Source: Hypanus sabinus (Eukaryota). From it: DNA of 64,000 nucleotides. Below, piece by piece: positions 25,115-37,619 of this stretch. Under the pieces are notes generated by a model that worked only from the letters and a program-made list of their open reading frames with translations, made no database searches and was not told the origin of the DNA. The stretch covers positions 106,764,001 to 106,828,000 of the forward strand of contig NC_082717.1 in NCBI RefSeq assembly GCF_030144855.1, written 5' to 3'. The first letter of the stretch is position 1. Every line of letters begins with the position of its first letter. Made by a program: the position numbers and the translations under genes.

Positions 25115-26569
25115 AATATACAGTCAGAATGTGATGCAAAGGCTTTATGAGTCAGTGGTCACACCAAACTTGGAGTATTATGAAGACTTGTGGTCCCCTT
25201 ATTTCTGAAAGATGTGCTGCATTGGAGAGGGCCCAGTGGAATGATTCCGGTAATGAAAGGTGGGAACCAACACCCTCTTGTGAGAAGGCTCATGAAGGCC
25301 TGTAAGCAGAAGGCTGGAGAGAGCTTTCTGGGGACATTGTCCATGCACCCAGTGTTTCAAGCTGCTTTTGAGGAAGTGCATGGCTGCATTGGGCCGGATA
25401 GCAAATTTAAACAAGGGACTGTGGTTCACCCCGTCAAAGCTACTGATGGTCTGGCCTGGGAAAGCAGTAAGTGACGGGGACCCCAAATTTCCCGGAGTTC
25501 CTGAGGGCAAGGCCCTCTTACTGGATGCGCCAGAAGACCACGAGGGGGAGTTGTGATTTCCTGCTGGGGTACTGGTGAGGCCCAAATTGCAGAAGCCCTC
25601 GGTTGTACAGGCAAGCAGGATGGCAGTGATTGTCAGGAACACTGTGAAGAGGGAGGTCACTTTCAAGCGGGGGATGTCCCAGTCCATCTGTTCCCAGTGA
25701 CAGTAATGTCTAGTGTCTCTGTGAGACAAGCTGGGGAGAAACTATTGGAAAAAGGGGGAAAGTTGACCGTTGATGCATTCAACTTCGTGGACTTCCTGGT
25801 TCTTTGTAAATGGGCAACACATCACACAGCATCCACAGAAATGAGATTTCTTAGTTTGGTGGGGCTAGAAGCTGTCTTCCCCTCGACAAACACATGCAGG
25901 CGGAGCCTGAGGGTTACATATAAAATTTACTTGAACCTTCCTCATGACTTTTCTTTTTCCCTTTTGACCATCTTAATTCCTTCTTGAGCTCTAGGAACAA
26001 TGAACAATACAGGCCATTAGACCCATGATATTGTGCTAATCAGGATGTCAATTTATACTACTTGTCCCCCTTCAGCATATCACCCCTATCCCCCCAGTCT
26101 CTTCGTATTCACATGTCCATTTAAAAGACATTTAAACTCCAGCAAACTGTCTGTTTCCATTACTAGCTAACCGTAAAGTATATCCTCTGTTACATTTGAC
26201 ATTTCTACCTTGCAGAAAAGATACCAATGATCTATTCCTCTCATAATTTTAAAAGCATCTGTTGCTTCCTTCCTCGGCCTCTGATATTCTATGAAAAACA
26301 TAAGTCTGGCCAACATTTACATTGGGCTCCTGTACATTAACCCAGGTAGAATCCTGGTGAACCTCTTCTGCACCCATTCCAGAGCATCACAACCAGAACT
26401 CCACACGACACTCTTGTGTTGTCTGATTCATGTTTCACAGAGGTGCAGTTTGACTTTTTTTACTGTTCTATTCAACACCTCTGCTACCGTAAACAATGCA
26501 GTGTGTTCATTCCCCAGTGTGCAGTGAGACTGTGAGAAAGGACAGGATGATGGGGCAAAATTGAAAAGT

Positions 26570-28520
26570 GTTATGAATACAGGACTGGAGGTGGTAGATC
26601 TGAATGCTCACAGTATATGGAATGTTAGATGATCTTGTAGCAAAGTTAGAGGTTGGTGTCATTGAGTCATGGCAGAAAGAAGATCATAATTGGCAGCTTA
26701 GCATCCAATGATACACTGTATTGAAACTGGGAGAGGGAGTGGGCTGTTTCTGATGCAAAAAATGAAATCAATTCCTTAGAGGTGACATGGGATCAGAAGA
26801 TGTAGAATCGTTGTGCGTTGAGTTAAGAAACTGCAAGAGTAAAAAGACCCTAATGGGAGTGATATATAGGACTCCAAATGGTGGCCAGGATGTGGGATAC
26901 TAATTACAATGGGATATGGAATTTGTCTGGGGGATTTCAGTATGCAGGTAGATTTGGAAAATCAATTTGATGCTGGATCTCAAAGAGGGAATTTGCAGAA
27001 AGCCCATAAGATTGCTATTTAGATTAGCTCATGGTTGAGCCCACTCAGGCAAAGGCAATTCTGGATTGGATGATCCGTGATGAACCAGATATGATTATGG
27101 AGCTTAAGGTAAGGGAACCCTTCAGTGCTATTAATCATTATATGGTAGAATTCATCGTGCAGTTTCAGACGGATAAGTTAAAGTCAGATGTATCATTACT
27201 GTAGTGCTAGGGAAATTACAGAGGCCTGAGAGAGGAGCCAGCTAAGTTGATTGAAGGAAGAATGACGACAGAACAGCAAGGTCTGGAGTTTCTGGGGGCA
27301 TGTCAGAAGGTGTAAGGTAGAAACATACCAAAGATGAAGTGATATTCTAAAGAGATGATGAGGTGACTATGGCTGACCAGGGAAGTCAAAGACAGCATAA
27401 AAGCAATAGAGAGAGCAGATAATATAGAAAAAGTTGTGGGAAGTTAAAGGATTGGGAAGCTTTCAAAAGCAAACAGGAGGAAACTAAAAACCCATTGGAG
27501 AGAAAAGATTAAGTGTGAAGGTAAATATTATAAATAGGATACCAAAACATTTCCCAGGTACATAGAGTAAAGGTGAGATGAGAGTGGATATCAGACCACT
27601 GGAAAATTATGCTGGAGAGATAGTAATGGGGGACAAAAGATGGCAAATGAACTTAATAATGCGTCAGACTTCACTGTGGATGATACTAGCAACATGCCAG
27701 AATTTCAAGTCCCATGGGACAGAAGAGTGCAAATACTAATACTAAGGAGAAGCTGCTTGGGAAGCTGAACCGTCTGAACATAGGTAGGTAACCTAGACCA
27801 GATGGACCACACCCCAATATTCCGAAAGAGGAAGCTGAAGAGATTGTAGAGGCATTAGAAATGATCTTTCATGAATCACCAGATTCAGGAATGGTCCAGA
27901 AGGACAGGAAAGTTGCAAATATCACTCCACTCTTTGGAATGGTAAAAGGCAGAGGAAAGGAAATTATAGGCCAATTGACCACACGTCAGTGGTAGTGAAG
28001 ATGCTGGTTTCCATTACGAAGGATGAGGTTTTGGAGTCAAGTTAGCGTGATTTCTTGCAAGGGAAGTCTGTTGGAATTCTTTGAGGAAATAACAGACAGA
28101 ATAGACAAAGCAGAAGCAGTGGACACTGTTTACTTGGATTTTCAAAAGGCCTTTGACAAGGTGCCACTCAAGAGGCTGCTTAACAATTTATCAGTCCGTG
28201 ATAATTCAAGAAAGATATTAGCTTGGATAGAAGATTGGCTGACTGGCAGGAGGAAAGGAGGAAGAGTACAGGGGGCCTTTTCTCGTTGACTGCCTGAGAC
28301 GAGTGGTGTTCCACACGTGTCAGTGTTCGGACCGCTTCTTTTCACATTACATGTTAATAATTTGGACGATGACATTGGTGGCTTTGTGATCAGGTTTGCG
28401 GATGATATGAAGCTAGGTGGTGTTACAGGGAAAGTTGTTAAGGCAGGGTGTCGCAGAAGGACTGAGACAGATTGGGAGAATGGTCAGAGAATGGCAGCTG
28501 GAAAATAATGGGGGCGATAC
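26570..28520 (+). mobile_element. Old degenerate CR1 ORF2 (shared with unit 2, about 57690-59400)
   Basis: Broken YLDFQKAFDKVP and FADD motifs. Confidence 0.8.
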
Positions 28521-28629
28521 ACTCTGGTAGAAGGAATAAAGACTTCCGGTAAATTTTCAACGGAGAGAATACCCAAAACTGAAACCACCTCCCCACCCCC
28601 AGTCAGGTTCAAACTAATGAAGGAAAACG

Positions 28630-28725
28630 TGCAGCCAATTGCAGCACTGAAACCCCGTAATGGACAGCTCCCTTAGAACCAATTAGAGGGAATTGGGCGG
28701 CCCTTCATCAACCCTTTAAAAGCCA
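28630..28725 (+). promoter_or_regulatory. H3 promoter
   Basis: CCAAT at about 28635 and 28679; ATTGG plus GGGCGG at about 28692; TTTAAAA at about 28715. Confidence 0.7.
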
Positions 28726-28783
28726 GTCACTAATTCCTCTCTGGCATTTAAATTTCCGTCGTTCAGATTTTTCGGACTGCTGA

Positions 28784-29200
<417 letters not shown>

Positions 29201-29229
29201 ATCCGGCCTCGGCACCAAGCACAACAAAA

Positions 29230-29245
29230 GGCTCTTTTCAGAGCC
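29230..29245 (+). terminator. Histone 3' stem-loop of H3 (unit 1)
   Basis: GGCTCTTTTCAGAGCC; HDE-like GAAAGGGCTG at 29261. Confidence 0.95.
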
Positions 29246-30143
29246 ATTAACTCAGCAGTGGAAAGGGCTGTTATTTCCTATTCACTCACCTGTGTTATCG
29301 ACACGCCGATTTCCTCTGAATTCCGCTGTGTATGTTTTGTGTAATATTTTTCAGTAAGTCATCCCGGTTTCTTACACAGGTTCCAACAGGCCGGACCCCA
29401 TCAACACTGAATCAAGAGTTCGGTGCCGTTGGGTTAACGGCAGCGCGAACACCCTCGCCGTCAGGGTGTCTCTGTCCCCGTACCCCTGCCGTATACAGCT
29501 GGCTATCATCGCCAAGTTTTCCGGGTATCTACGCTTGTTACTGTCGTGGAGAATTTGTTTTAATGGTCTCCCCGTCCCATCTCTAGTCGAGGACATGATG
29601 AATTCAAGGGGACACATCAGTCTGCGGACACTGGATTTCTGGGTCTTTCACAGAACAACTTTATTTTAAGTTCGACCGAGTTTCAGAGACCAGTGCAGAA
29701 TCTGATGACGTATATACACAGAGTGATCGCGATTATAAACTGTGGATCGGCTTTTGGAAGCCACCTGTCCAGAAACATTCAAACTGATGAGTTAATTGAC
29801 ATTTAGGCCGCTGGTGTAAAATAAATCTTGATCGAATTAATGAATCAATGCTTATTTCTGCAAACTACGGTTCAAACTGTCGGGCGGGCTTTTCAACTTT
29901 CAGGCCATCCGGGGTTCTTTTAACTCTCTGATTGGGTTCCTGTGCTAAGAGAATAGGAATTTAATCTGCTTAGTGACCCGATAGAGCCCGCACTCTGTTC
30001 ACAGCGATTTCAAATCCATGGGGCAATTGTCAATAATTTCATGACAACTCGACCACACTTTTGTTTTAAACGTAATCGCAAATTGAAGAGTTAACATTTC
30101 AGGTCAATGGCCTGCGGCCTGCTCTCTCCGTGAGTTGGTGGGC

Positions 30144-30159
30144 GGCTCTTAAAAGAGCC
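30144..30159 (-). terminator. Histone 3' stem-loop of H4 (unit 1)
   Basis: GGCTCTTTTAAGAGCC on the minus strand; HDE-like GGAGAGAGC. Confidence 0.95.
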
Positions 30160-30191
30160 TTTGTTTTGGGTTTGGAAGAACGAAGGTTTGT

Positions 30192-30512
<321 letters not shown>

Positions 30513-30554
30513 TCACTCCCGTCGTTGTTCTGTAACGAACTGTCTGCTGCTGTC

Positions 30555-30695
30555 GCCTTTTATACACAGCGCCCCGACCTGTCCGAGAAACGCGCAGAGA
30601 GTGAGAGGGGAGGAGACAGAGTGACGGGCAGTGCGGGGAGGGAGAGAGAGAGGGAAGGGGTGGAGACAGTCCGTGACAGACAGAGTGGAGAGCGG
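30555..30695 (-). promoter_or_regulatory. H4 promoter with TATA and upstream CT/GA-rich tract
   Basis: TATAAAA on the minus strand at 30558-30564; GGTCGGGGCG upstream; purine/pyrimidine-skewed tract at 30597-30691. Confidence 0.7.
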
Positions 30696-32969
30696 CTTCT
30701 CATCTTCATGATCCGCAACCGCCAGTTTCGAACGGTTTGGCCGCAACGGAACAGAAACCCAGCTCCCGGAAAAAAAAGCAACAGATGCACAGGAGATATC
30801 GAAGGTCGGTCAGTGACATTACCAGCTAACGCCCTGGATAACTGACCCAAACCTCTTCAAATTTCTGCTTAATGCTCCGAAAATTAACCAATGCTATTCT
30901 GGAAAAAGAATAAAGGCCAGAGTTCTGAAATTCAAATAAAACACAGCTCAGGCAGCAACTGTCGACAGAGTTAACGTTTCAGGCAGGAACCGCTTCATCA
31001 GATAACTTCTACTATTTCTCAACATCTAGAAATGTGCTTTATTGCATATTTTCCTGCAAAAATGTACAATCTCACTTCCTCTCACAATGTCTCTCTATTG
31101 CCTGCTTACCCCATCTTCGCAGCTTAACGTTCCCCTCTCTCTTTCTGTCACCAGTAAGTTCAGTATTCACGGTGAGCTTTCATTTTCCTGATACCCTGTG
31201 AAGGAGCAGCTTATCAAATGGACATCTCAGTTCAGGACAACCACTGTTTCCTTTATCCGCAGCTTGTGTTCCTACTCCAAAGATTCGAATGTAATTGTTA
31301 AACTTGGAATCACTTTCAGAAAACCCCGTCCACTTCGCCTGATTGTTTGGAGTTTCAAACATTTTCAGGGACAGATGATTAACTGTAGATAGGTGATCAA
31401 AACTCGCACAGTACTCCGTATTTGGCTTCATCAACTTCCAGATAATATCCTCACTGCTGTGCCCAATGTTTTGATTTATGAAGGCCAATGTGCGCAGAGC
31501 TCTCATTACACCTGACACCACTTTCAAGGAATAATCTGTCTGTATTCCCGGATCGCACTGCAAGTTACAATAGCCTTCCTCGCTATCCACGACACTCACA
31601 ATCTTGCTGTCATCTGCAAATGTGCTGATCCGTTTTACCACATGGTCATCCAGATCCTTGACATAAATGACAGACAAATATTGATCCGTGTTTTAGAGGG
31701 GATATGATTCTGGATAAAGAAAATCATGTGGGGTAGAGTTCCGGTAGGTTGCAGAGAGCTTCCCCCATATCAGAAGAAGATAGATGTGCTGGACAGGGTG
31801 AGGTTGCGGTGTGAGGTTGAGGGGGCAAGAGGGCGAGAGAGGTTCTGAGGAGGTCCTGGTTCACCCAGGCAGTGAGTACCTGGAGTACACTGCCAGAGAG
31901 AATGGTGGAAATAGAGTCAGAGTCGCTGGTGGTATTTCAGAAATGTCTCATCAAACATGAAGCTTAGGAAAATAGAGAGCTATGGATAACCCTAGGTAAT
32001 TTCTAAAATAAGTATATGTTAGGCACAGCATCATGGGCCAAAGGGCCTGTATTGTGCTATAGGTTTTCTATGCTTCCATGTTTTCTATGTTCAAGGCTAC
32101 AGGCCAAGTATCAGAATATGGATGATTTCCCACTGGCTGGTAGAGAGATGGTGGGCCAAATTGACTGTTATAGTACTGTAACACTCTGTTATAGTGAGAA
32201 TCAACCAACCCCTACCACTAGAATCATGTAAACCAGGTCAATACGATAATTGTATTCATCATCGCTCCATCCCCATTAACCCTTTACACCTGGCCATAGT
32301 TTATATAGATACTTATATCATCCCAAGGATTTCTCTGTCAATCATTTCTGCGAATTAAAATGAACTTTCTTTTCCTTCACTTTCCAAATTTTGAACTGAA
32401 ATGTTCACTTTCTTCCTCTTTCCATAGCTGCTTCGTGAGCTGCTGGGGATATCCAGCATTCTCTGCTTTAGTTTCAAATTTCAACTGTTTCGTCATTCAA
32501 AATTAATTAAATCAAGCAAGCTCTGAAAAAGAAATCAACCTTGCTGAATTAAACTTGCTTTAATTTTCAACATTTCAACTTTTTCTCTTTCAAAACACAA
32601 ATGATTGGAATATTGTCCTTTCTGTCCTAGTGCCAATTTTTTTTTCCCTTTCCCAACTGGAGATTTAATTCCAAAATATCCCCAAGAAGCCCCTTTGTAA
32701 AGTGACTGCCCACAGTAGCTCTCTGATTGATAGTTCATTCTGCCCTGACCCCCGGTATGTGGAAAGGATGTCATGTGATGTGAGGTCACTTCCTGAGATA
32801 AATTGTGTGTGACCTCACTGACTGACGTTCCTGTGGCAACGGGATGGTGTGGCCCATGTAGGGGGTTTAGCTTGGGATGGAGGTGGAGGTGAGGATTTAC
32901 TCTGCGTGGGCGTACAGCTGACCTGAAGTGGGGTTGGTCTGTACGTGCTGAGGTTTTGAAGGATGAGAT

Positions 32970-35750
32970 AGACAATAGACAATAGGTGCAGAAGTAGACC
33001 ATTCGGCCCCTCGAGTCTGCACCGCCATTCTGAGATCATGGCTGATCATTCACTATCAATACCCAGTCCCTGCCTTGTCCCCATATCCCTTGATTCCCCT
33101 ATCCATCAGATATCTATCCAGCTCCTTCTTGAAAACATCCAGAGAATTGGCCTCCACCGTCTTCCAAGGCAGTGCATTCCACACCTCCACAACTCTCTGG
33201 GAGAAGAAGCTCTTCCTCAACTCTGTTTTAAATAACTGACCTCTTATTCTCAATCCATGCCCTCTGGTACTGGACTCTCCCAACATCTGGAACATATTTC
33301 CTGCCTCAATCCTATCAAATCCTTTAATTATCTTAAACGTTTCAATCAGATCCCCTCTCAATCTCCTCAATTCCAGCGTGTACAAGCCCAATCTCTCCAA
33401 TCTCTCTGCGTAAGACAGCCCTGCCATCCCAGGAATCAACCTAGTGAATCTACGCTGCACTTCCTCAATTGCCAGAATGTCCTTCCTTAAACCTGGAGAC
33501 CAAAACTGTACACAATATTCCAGGTGTGGTCTCACCAGGGCCCTGTACAAATGCAAAAGAACATCCTTGCTCTTGTATTCAATTCCCTTGTAACAAAGGC
33601 CAACATTCCATTTGCCCTCTTCACTGCCTGTTGCACTTGCTCATTCACCTTCATTGACTGGTGAACTAGGACTCCTAGGTCACTTTGCATTTCTCCCTTA
33701 CCTAACTCGACATCGTTCAGACAATACTCTGCCCTCTTGTTCCAGCTTCCAAAGTGGATAACTTCACATTTGCCAAGTATCTGCCCACTCAGTCAGCCTA
33801 TCCAAGTCTCCCTGTATTCTCCTAAGGTCCTCTTCGCATGTCACACTGCCACCCAGTTTAGTATCATCAGCAAACTTGCTGATATAGTTTTCAATGCCCT
33901 CATCTAAATCATTGACATAAATCGTAAAGAGCTGTGGTCCCAATACAGAGCCCTGTGGTACCCCACTAGTCACCTCCAGCCAGTCTGAGAAACACCCATT
34001 CACTGCTACCCTTTGCTTTCTATCTGCCAACCAGTTTTCTATCCATGTTGAAACCCTGCCCCCAATGCCATGAGCTCTGATTTTACTCACCAATCTCCTA
34101 TGTGGCACCTTATCGAATGCCTTCTGAAAATCTAGGTACACAACATCTACTGGCTTACCCTCGTCTAACATCCTCAAAAAACTCCAACAGATTAGTCAAG
34201 CATGATTTGCCCTTGGTAAATCCATGCTGGTTCGGCCTAATCCTATTTCTGCCATCTAGATGTGCCACTATTTCGTCCTTAATAATGGACTCAAGCATCT
34301 TCCCCACGACTGTCGTTAGGCTAACAGGGCGATAGTTCTCCGTTTTCTCCTTCCCTCCATTCTTGAAAAGTGGGACAACAAATCTTCAGGAACTGATCCT
34401 GAATCTAAGGAACATTGGAAAATGATTACCAATGCATCCGCAATTTCCTGAGCCACCTCTTTTAGAACCCTCGGATGCAGACCATCTGGACCCGGGGATT
34501 TATTAGCCTTCAGTCCTACCAGTCTACTCATCACAGTTTCTTTCCTAATGTCAATCTGTCTCAATTCCTCTGATATCTTATGACCCTGGCCCATCCATAC
34601 ATCTGGGAGATTGCTTGTGTCCTCCCTGGTGAAGACAGATCTAAAGTATGCATTAAATTCTGTTGCCATTTCCCTGTTTCCCATAACAATTTCTCCCAAT
34701 TCATTCTTCAAGGGGCCAACATTGTTCTTAACTATCTTCTTTCTCTTCACATAGCTAAAAAAGCTTTTGCTATCCCCTTTTATATTCCTGGCTAGACTGA
34801 GCTCATACCTGATTTTTTCTCTCCGTATTGCTTTTTTAGTAAAGATTGGCTGTTCCTTAAAACTTTCCCAATCATCTGTATTCCCACTCATCTTAGCCCT
34901 GTCATACTTCTTTTTCTTTAATGCTATACAATCTCTGACTTCCTTTGTCAACCACTGTGGCCCCTTCCCCCTCTTTGAATCCTTCCTTCTCATTGGAATG
35001 AACTGCATTTGCATCTTTTGTATTATGCCCAAGAATATCTGCCACTGCTGATCCACTGTCTTTCCTGCCAGGGCATCCGCCCATTTAACTTTGGCCAGCT
35101 CATCCCTCATGGCTCCGTAGTCTCCTTTATTTAATTGCAACACTGACACCTCTGATCTGCCCCTATCCCTCTCAAATTGTAGATAAAAACTTATCATGTT
35201 ATGATCACTACTTCCTAATGGCTCCTTTACTTCAAGATCACTTATCAATTCCTGTTCATTACACATCACCAAGTCCAAAATAGCCTCGTTCCTGGTTGGC
35301 TCAAGCACAAGCTGTTCCAAAAATACATCCCTTAGACACTCCACAAACTCCCTATCCTGGGGTCCAGCACCTACCTGATTCTCCCAGTCCACCTGCATGT
35401 TGAAATCTCCCATAACGACTGCATTACCTTTAGCACATGCCAATGTTAACTCCCTAATCAACTTGTACCCAATATCCACGCTACTGTTTGGGGGCCTGTA
35501 CGCAACACCCATTAGGGTCTTTTTACCCTTACTGTTCCTCAGCTCAATCCACACAGACTCTACTTCCCCTGTTCCCAAGTCACCTCTTGCTAAGGACTGA
35601 ATCTCATTCCTCACCAACAGGGCCACCTCACCCCCTCTTCCCATATTTCTGTCTCTTCGATAGCACGTATACCCTGGTACACTCAATTCCCAGGCCTGAT
35701 CCCCTTGCAGCCATGTCTCCGTTATCCCAACATGATAACATGATCCCAAC
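32970..35750 (-). mobile_element. CR1 LINE (same family as 23119-25114); unit-1-specific, with 7-bp TSD
   Basis: ORFs 34316-35752, 33764-34177 and 33056-33556; ATGAGAT at 32963-32969 and 35751-35757; empty site at about 63907. Confidence 0.93.
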
Positions 35751-37619
35751 ATGAGATGTGATGTAATTGTCTTCTGGGTTCTGCAGATTAATGTGGAAAG
35801 CCGGATAAGACAGCAAATAGATCAGGTGAGCTGCTCCTTACTCTCTGCCATTGCCAAGCAGACGTGTGAGCAGATTGGTAGGGTCTGGTGGGACGAGTGT
35901 TTCTCCACAGTGGGCATAATCTCGTCCCGTCTGCTAATTTGGGAACGGTGAGTGTCTGTCAGTGCCTTATTGCACCAGCTCCATAGTGCAGGTTTCCCAT
36001 TCTCATCCTTGGGCTCACATCCCTCCTTGGTCCTCACCCCCTCAATCTCTCTTCACATCCTGACAAGCTCTCACAGCTGTGCTGTCCTCCTCCTGTGGCC
36101 TCTTCTGCCTCTACATTTCCGTACCCTTTTCAGATCAGAGACCTGTGACAGTGGTGTGCTACAGGGATCCGTGCCTGGTCCCATGTTGTTTGTCTTTTAT
36201 ATTAATGCTATGGGTCTGTATGCTGATAAATAAATTTACTTTTTTAAATGAAGTAGATTGGAGGCCTGTGACCAGTGGTACTGCAGGGGAAGGTGCTGTA
36301 TATTTTGTTTGTCTGTGAAATTGGGCAAGGAAATGACAGGTGGAATCTAATTTGGACAAATGCTGATTATTACATTTTAGTCCATTAAACCAGAGCAAAA
36401 GACTACACAGTAACTGGCTGTGCCCTGGACAGAGTTGCACAATGGAGGGACCTCAGGATAGAATTCCTGAAAGTGCCAACAAAGGTAGACACAGTGGTGA
36501 AGAAATTGCACGACTTTGTGTGCCTTTGATTACATGCACTGGGATGTTATGTTACAGTTGTACAGGATGTTGGTTGTACGGCACTTGGGGTATTGTGTGT
36601 AGTTCTGGTCACCATGCTACAGGAATGATGTGATTCAGCTGGAAAGGGTGCAGAAAAGTTCACACGGAAGTGACTGGGACTGGAGGGCTGGAGTTCCAAT
36701 GAGAGCACGGATAGGCTGTTGTCTCTGCAGCACAGGAAGATGAGGTGGGAACTTAAAGAGGTTTATTAAATCATGCATAGATAAATAATCAGACATAAAT
36801 TCTTCTGCAGCCTCACACTATCACTCTGTACCTTCCTCCAGTCCTTGTGACCCTCTGAAATGTCTGTTCTCCATGCTTGGCCCCTTTTGAATTCTCCCTT
36901 CTGGTTTTAGATCAGAGCACTCTGCTCTCTTGTTTCTCATATGCATTGGGGATTCGGATCAGAATGTAAATGGCTTAACAGATGACACGAAGTTCGTGGT
37001 ATTGTGGACAATTCTGAAGTTTGTGATATAGATTAATTAAGAACATGAGCAAGGAAATGACAGATGGAATTTAACTCAGACAAGGACAAAGTAAGCCAGT
37101 TTGGTCATTTAGATTGGGGTTGTGCCTGCTTCAGAAGTGGCGGGCCCTGGTGAGTGTTGTAAAACAGAGAGACAAAGGGGTGTGAGTACGTAGGTAGACA
37201 GGGTGGTGAAGAGACAGTTGATATGTTTGCCTTCACCAGACAGAGCACGAGCACAATCCCTTGGAGGTCATGTGACTGAGCACAAGACAGTCCTGAGATG
37301 AGTTGGTGAACTATGTGCAGTTTCGGTCACAGAGCCGCAGGAAATGTGTCATTTGAGCTGGAAAGGGAGTAGGACATGTTCACAGGGATATCTTTGTGGC
37401 TGGAGTTTTCAGGAGAGTGCTTGAGTTATAAGCAAGGAATTGATAGATGGGGACTTTCCTCTGGAGTATAAGGGCTGAAGGGGTTATATAAGCATGAGGG
37501 ACATCAATAAGGTGGATGGTCAGTCTTTTCCCCTCAGTGGAGGGAAATTTCTATGTAAAGGGCATAAATACATTGTGAGAGGATAAAGGTTTTAAGGGAC
37601 CTGTGGGGCAACATTGTAT

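Noticed and set aside
25800-25900. Tyrosine-recombinase-like reading (SSPTKLR...VAHLQ) on the minus strand
   Set aside because: Motif too weak and interrupted by a stop.
35790-35828. Possible 39-bp exon (cag|...|gtgag)
   Set aside because: No recognisable protein or partner exons; such signals occur by chance.
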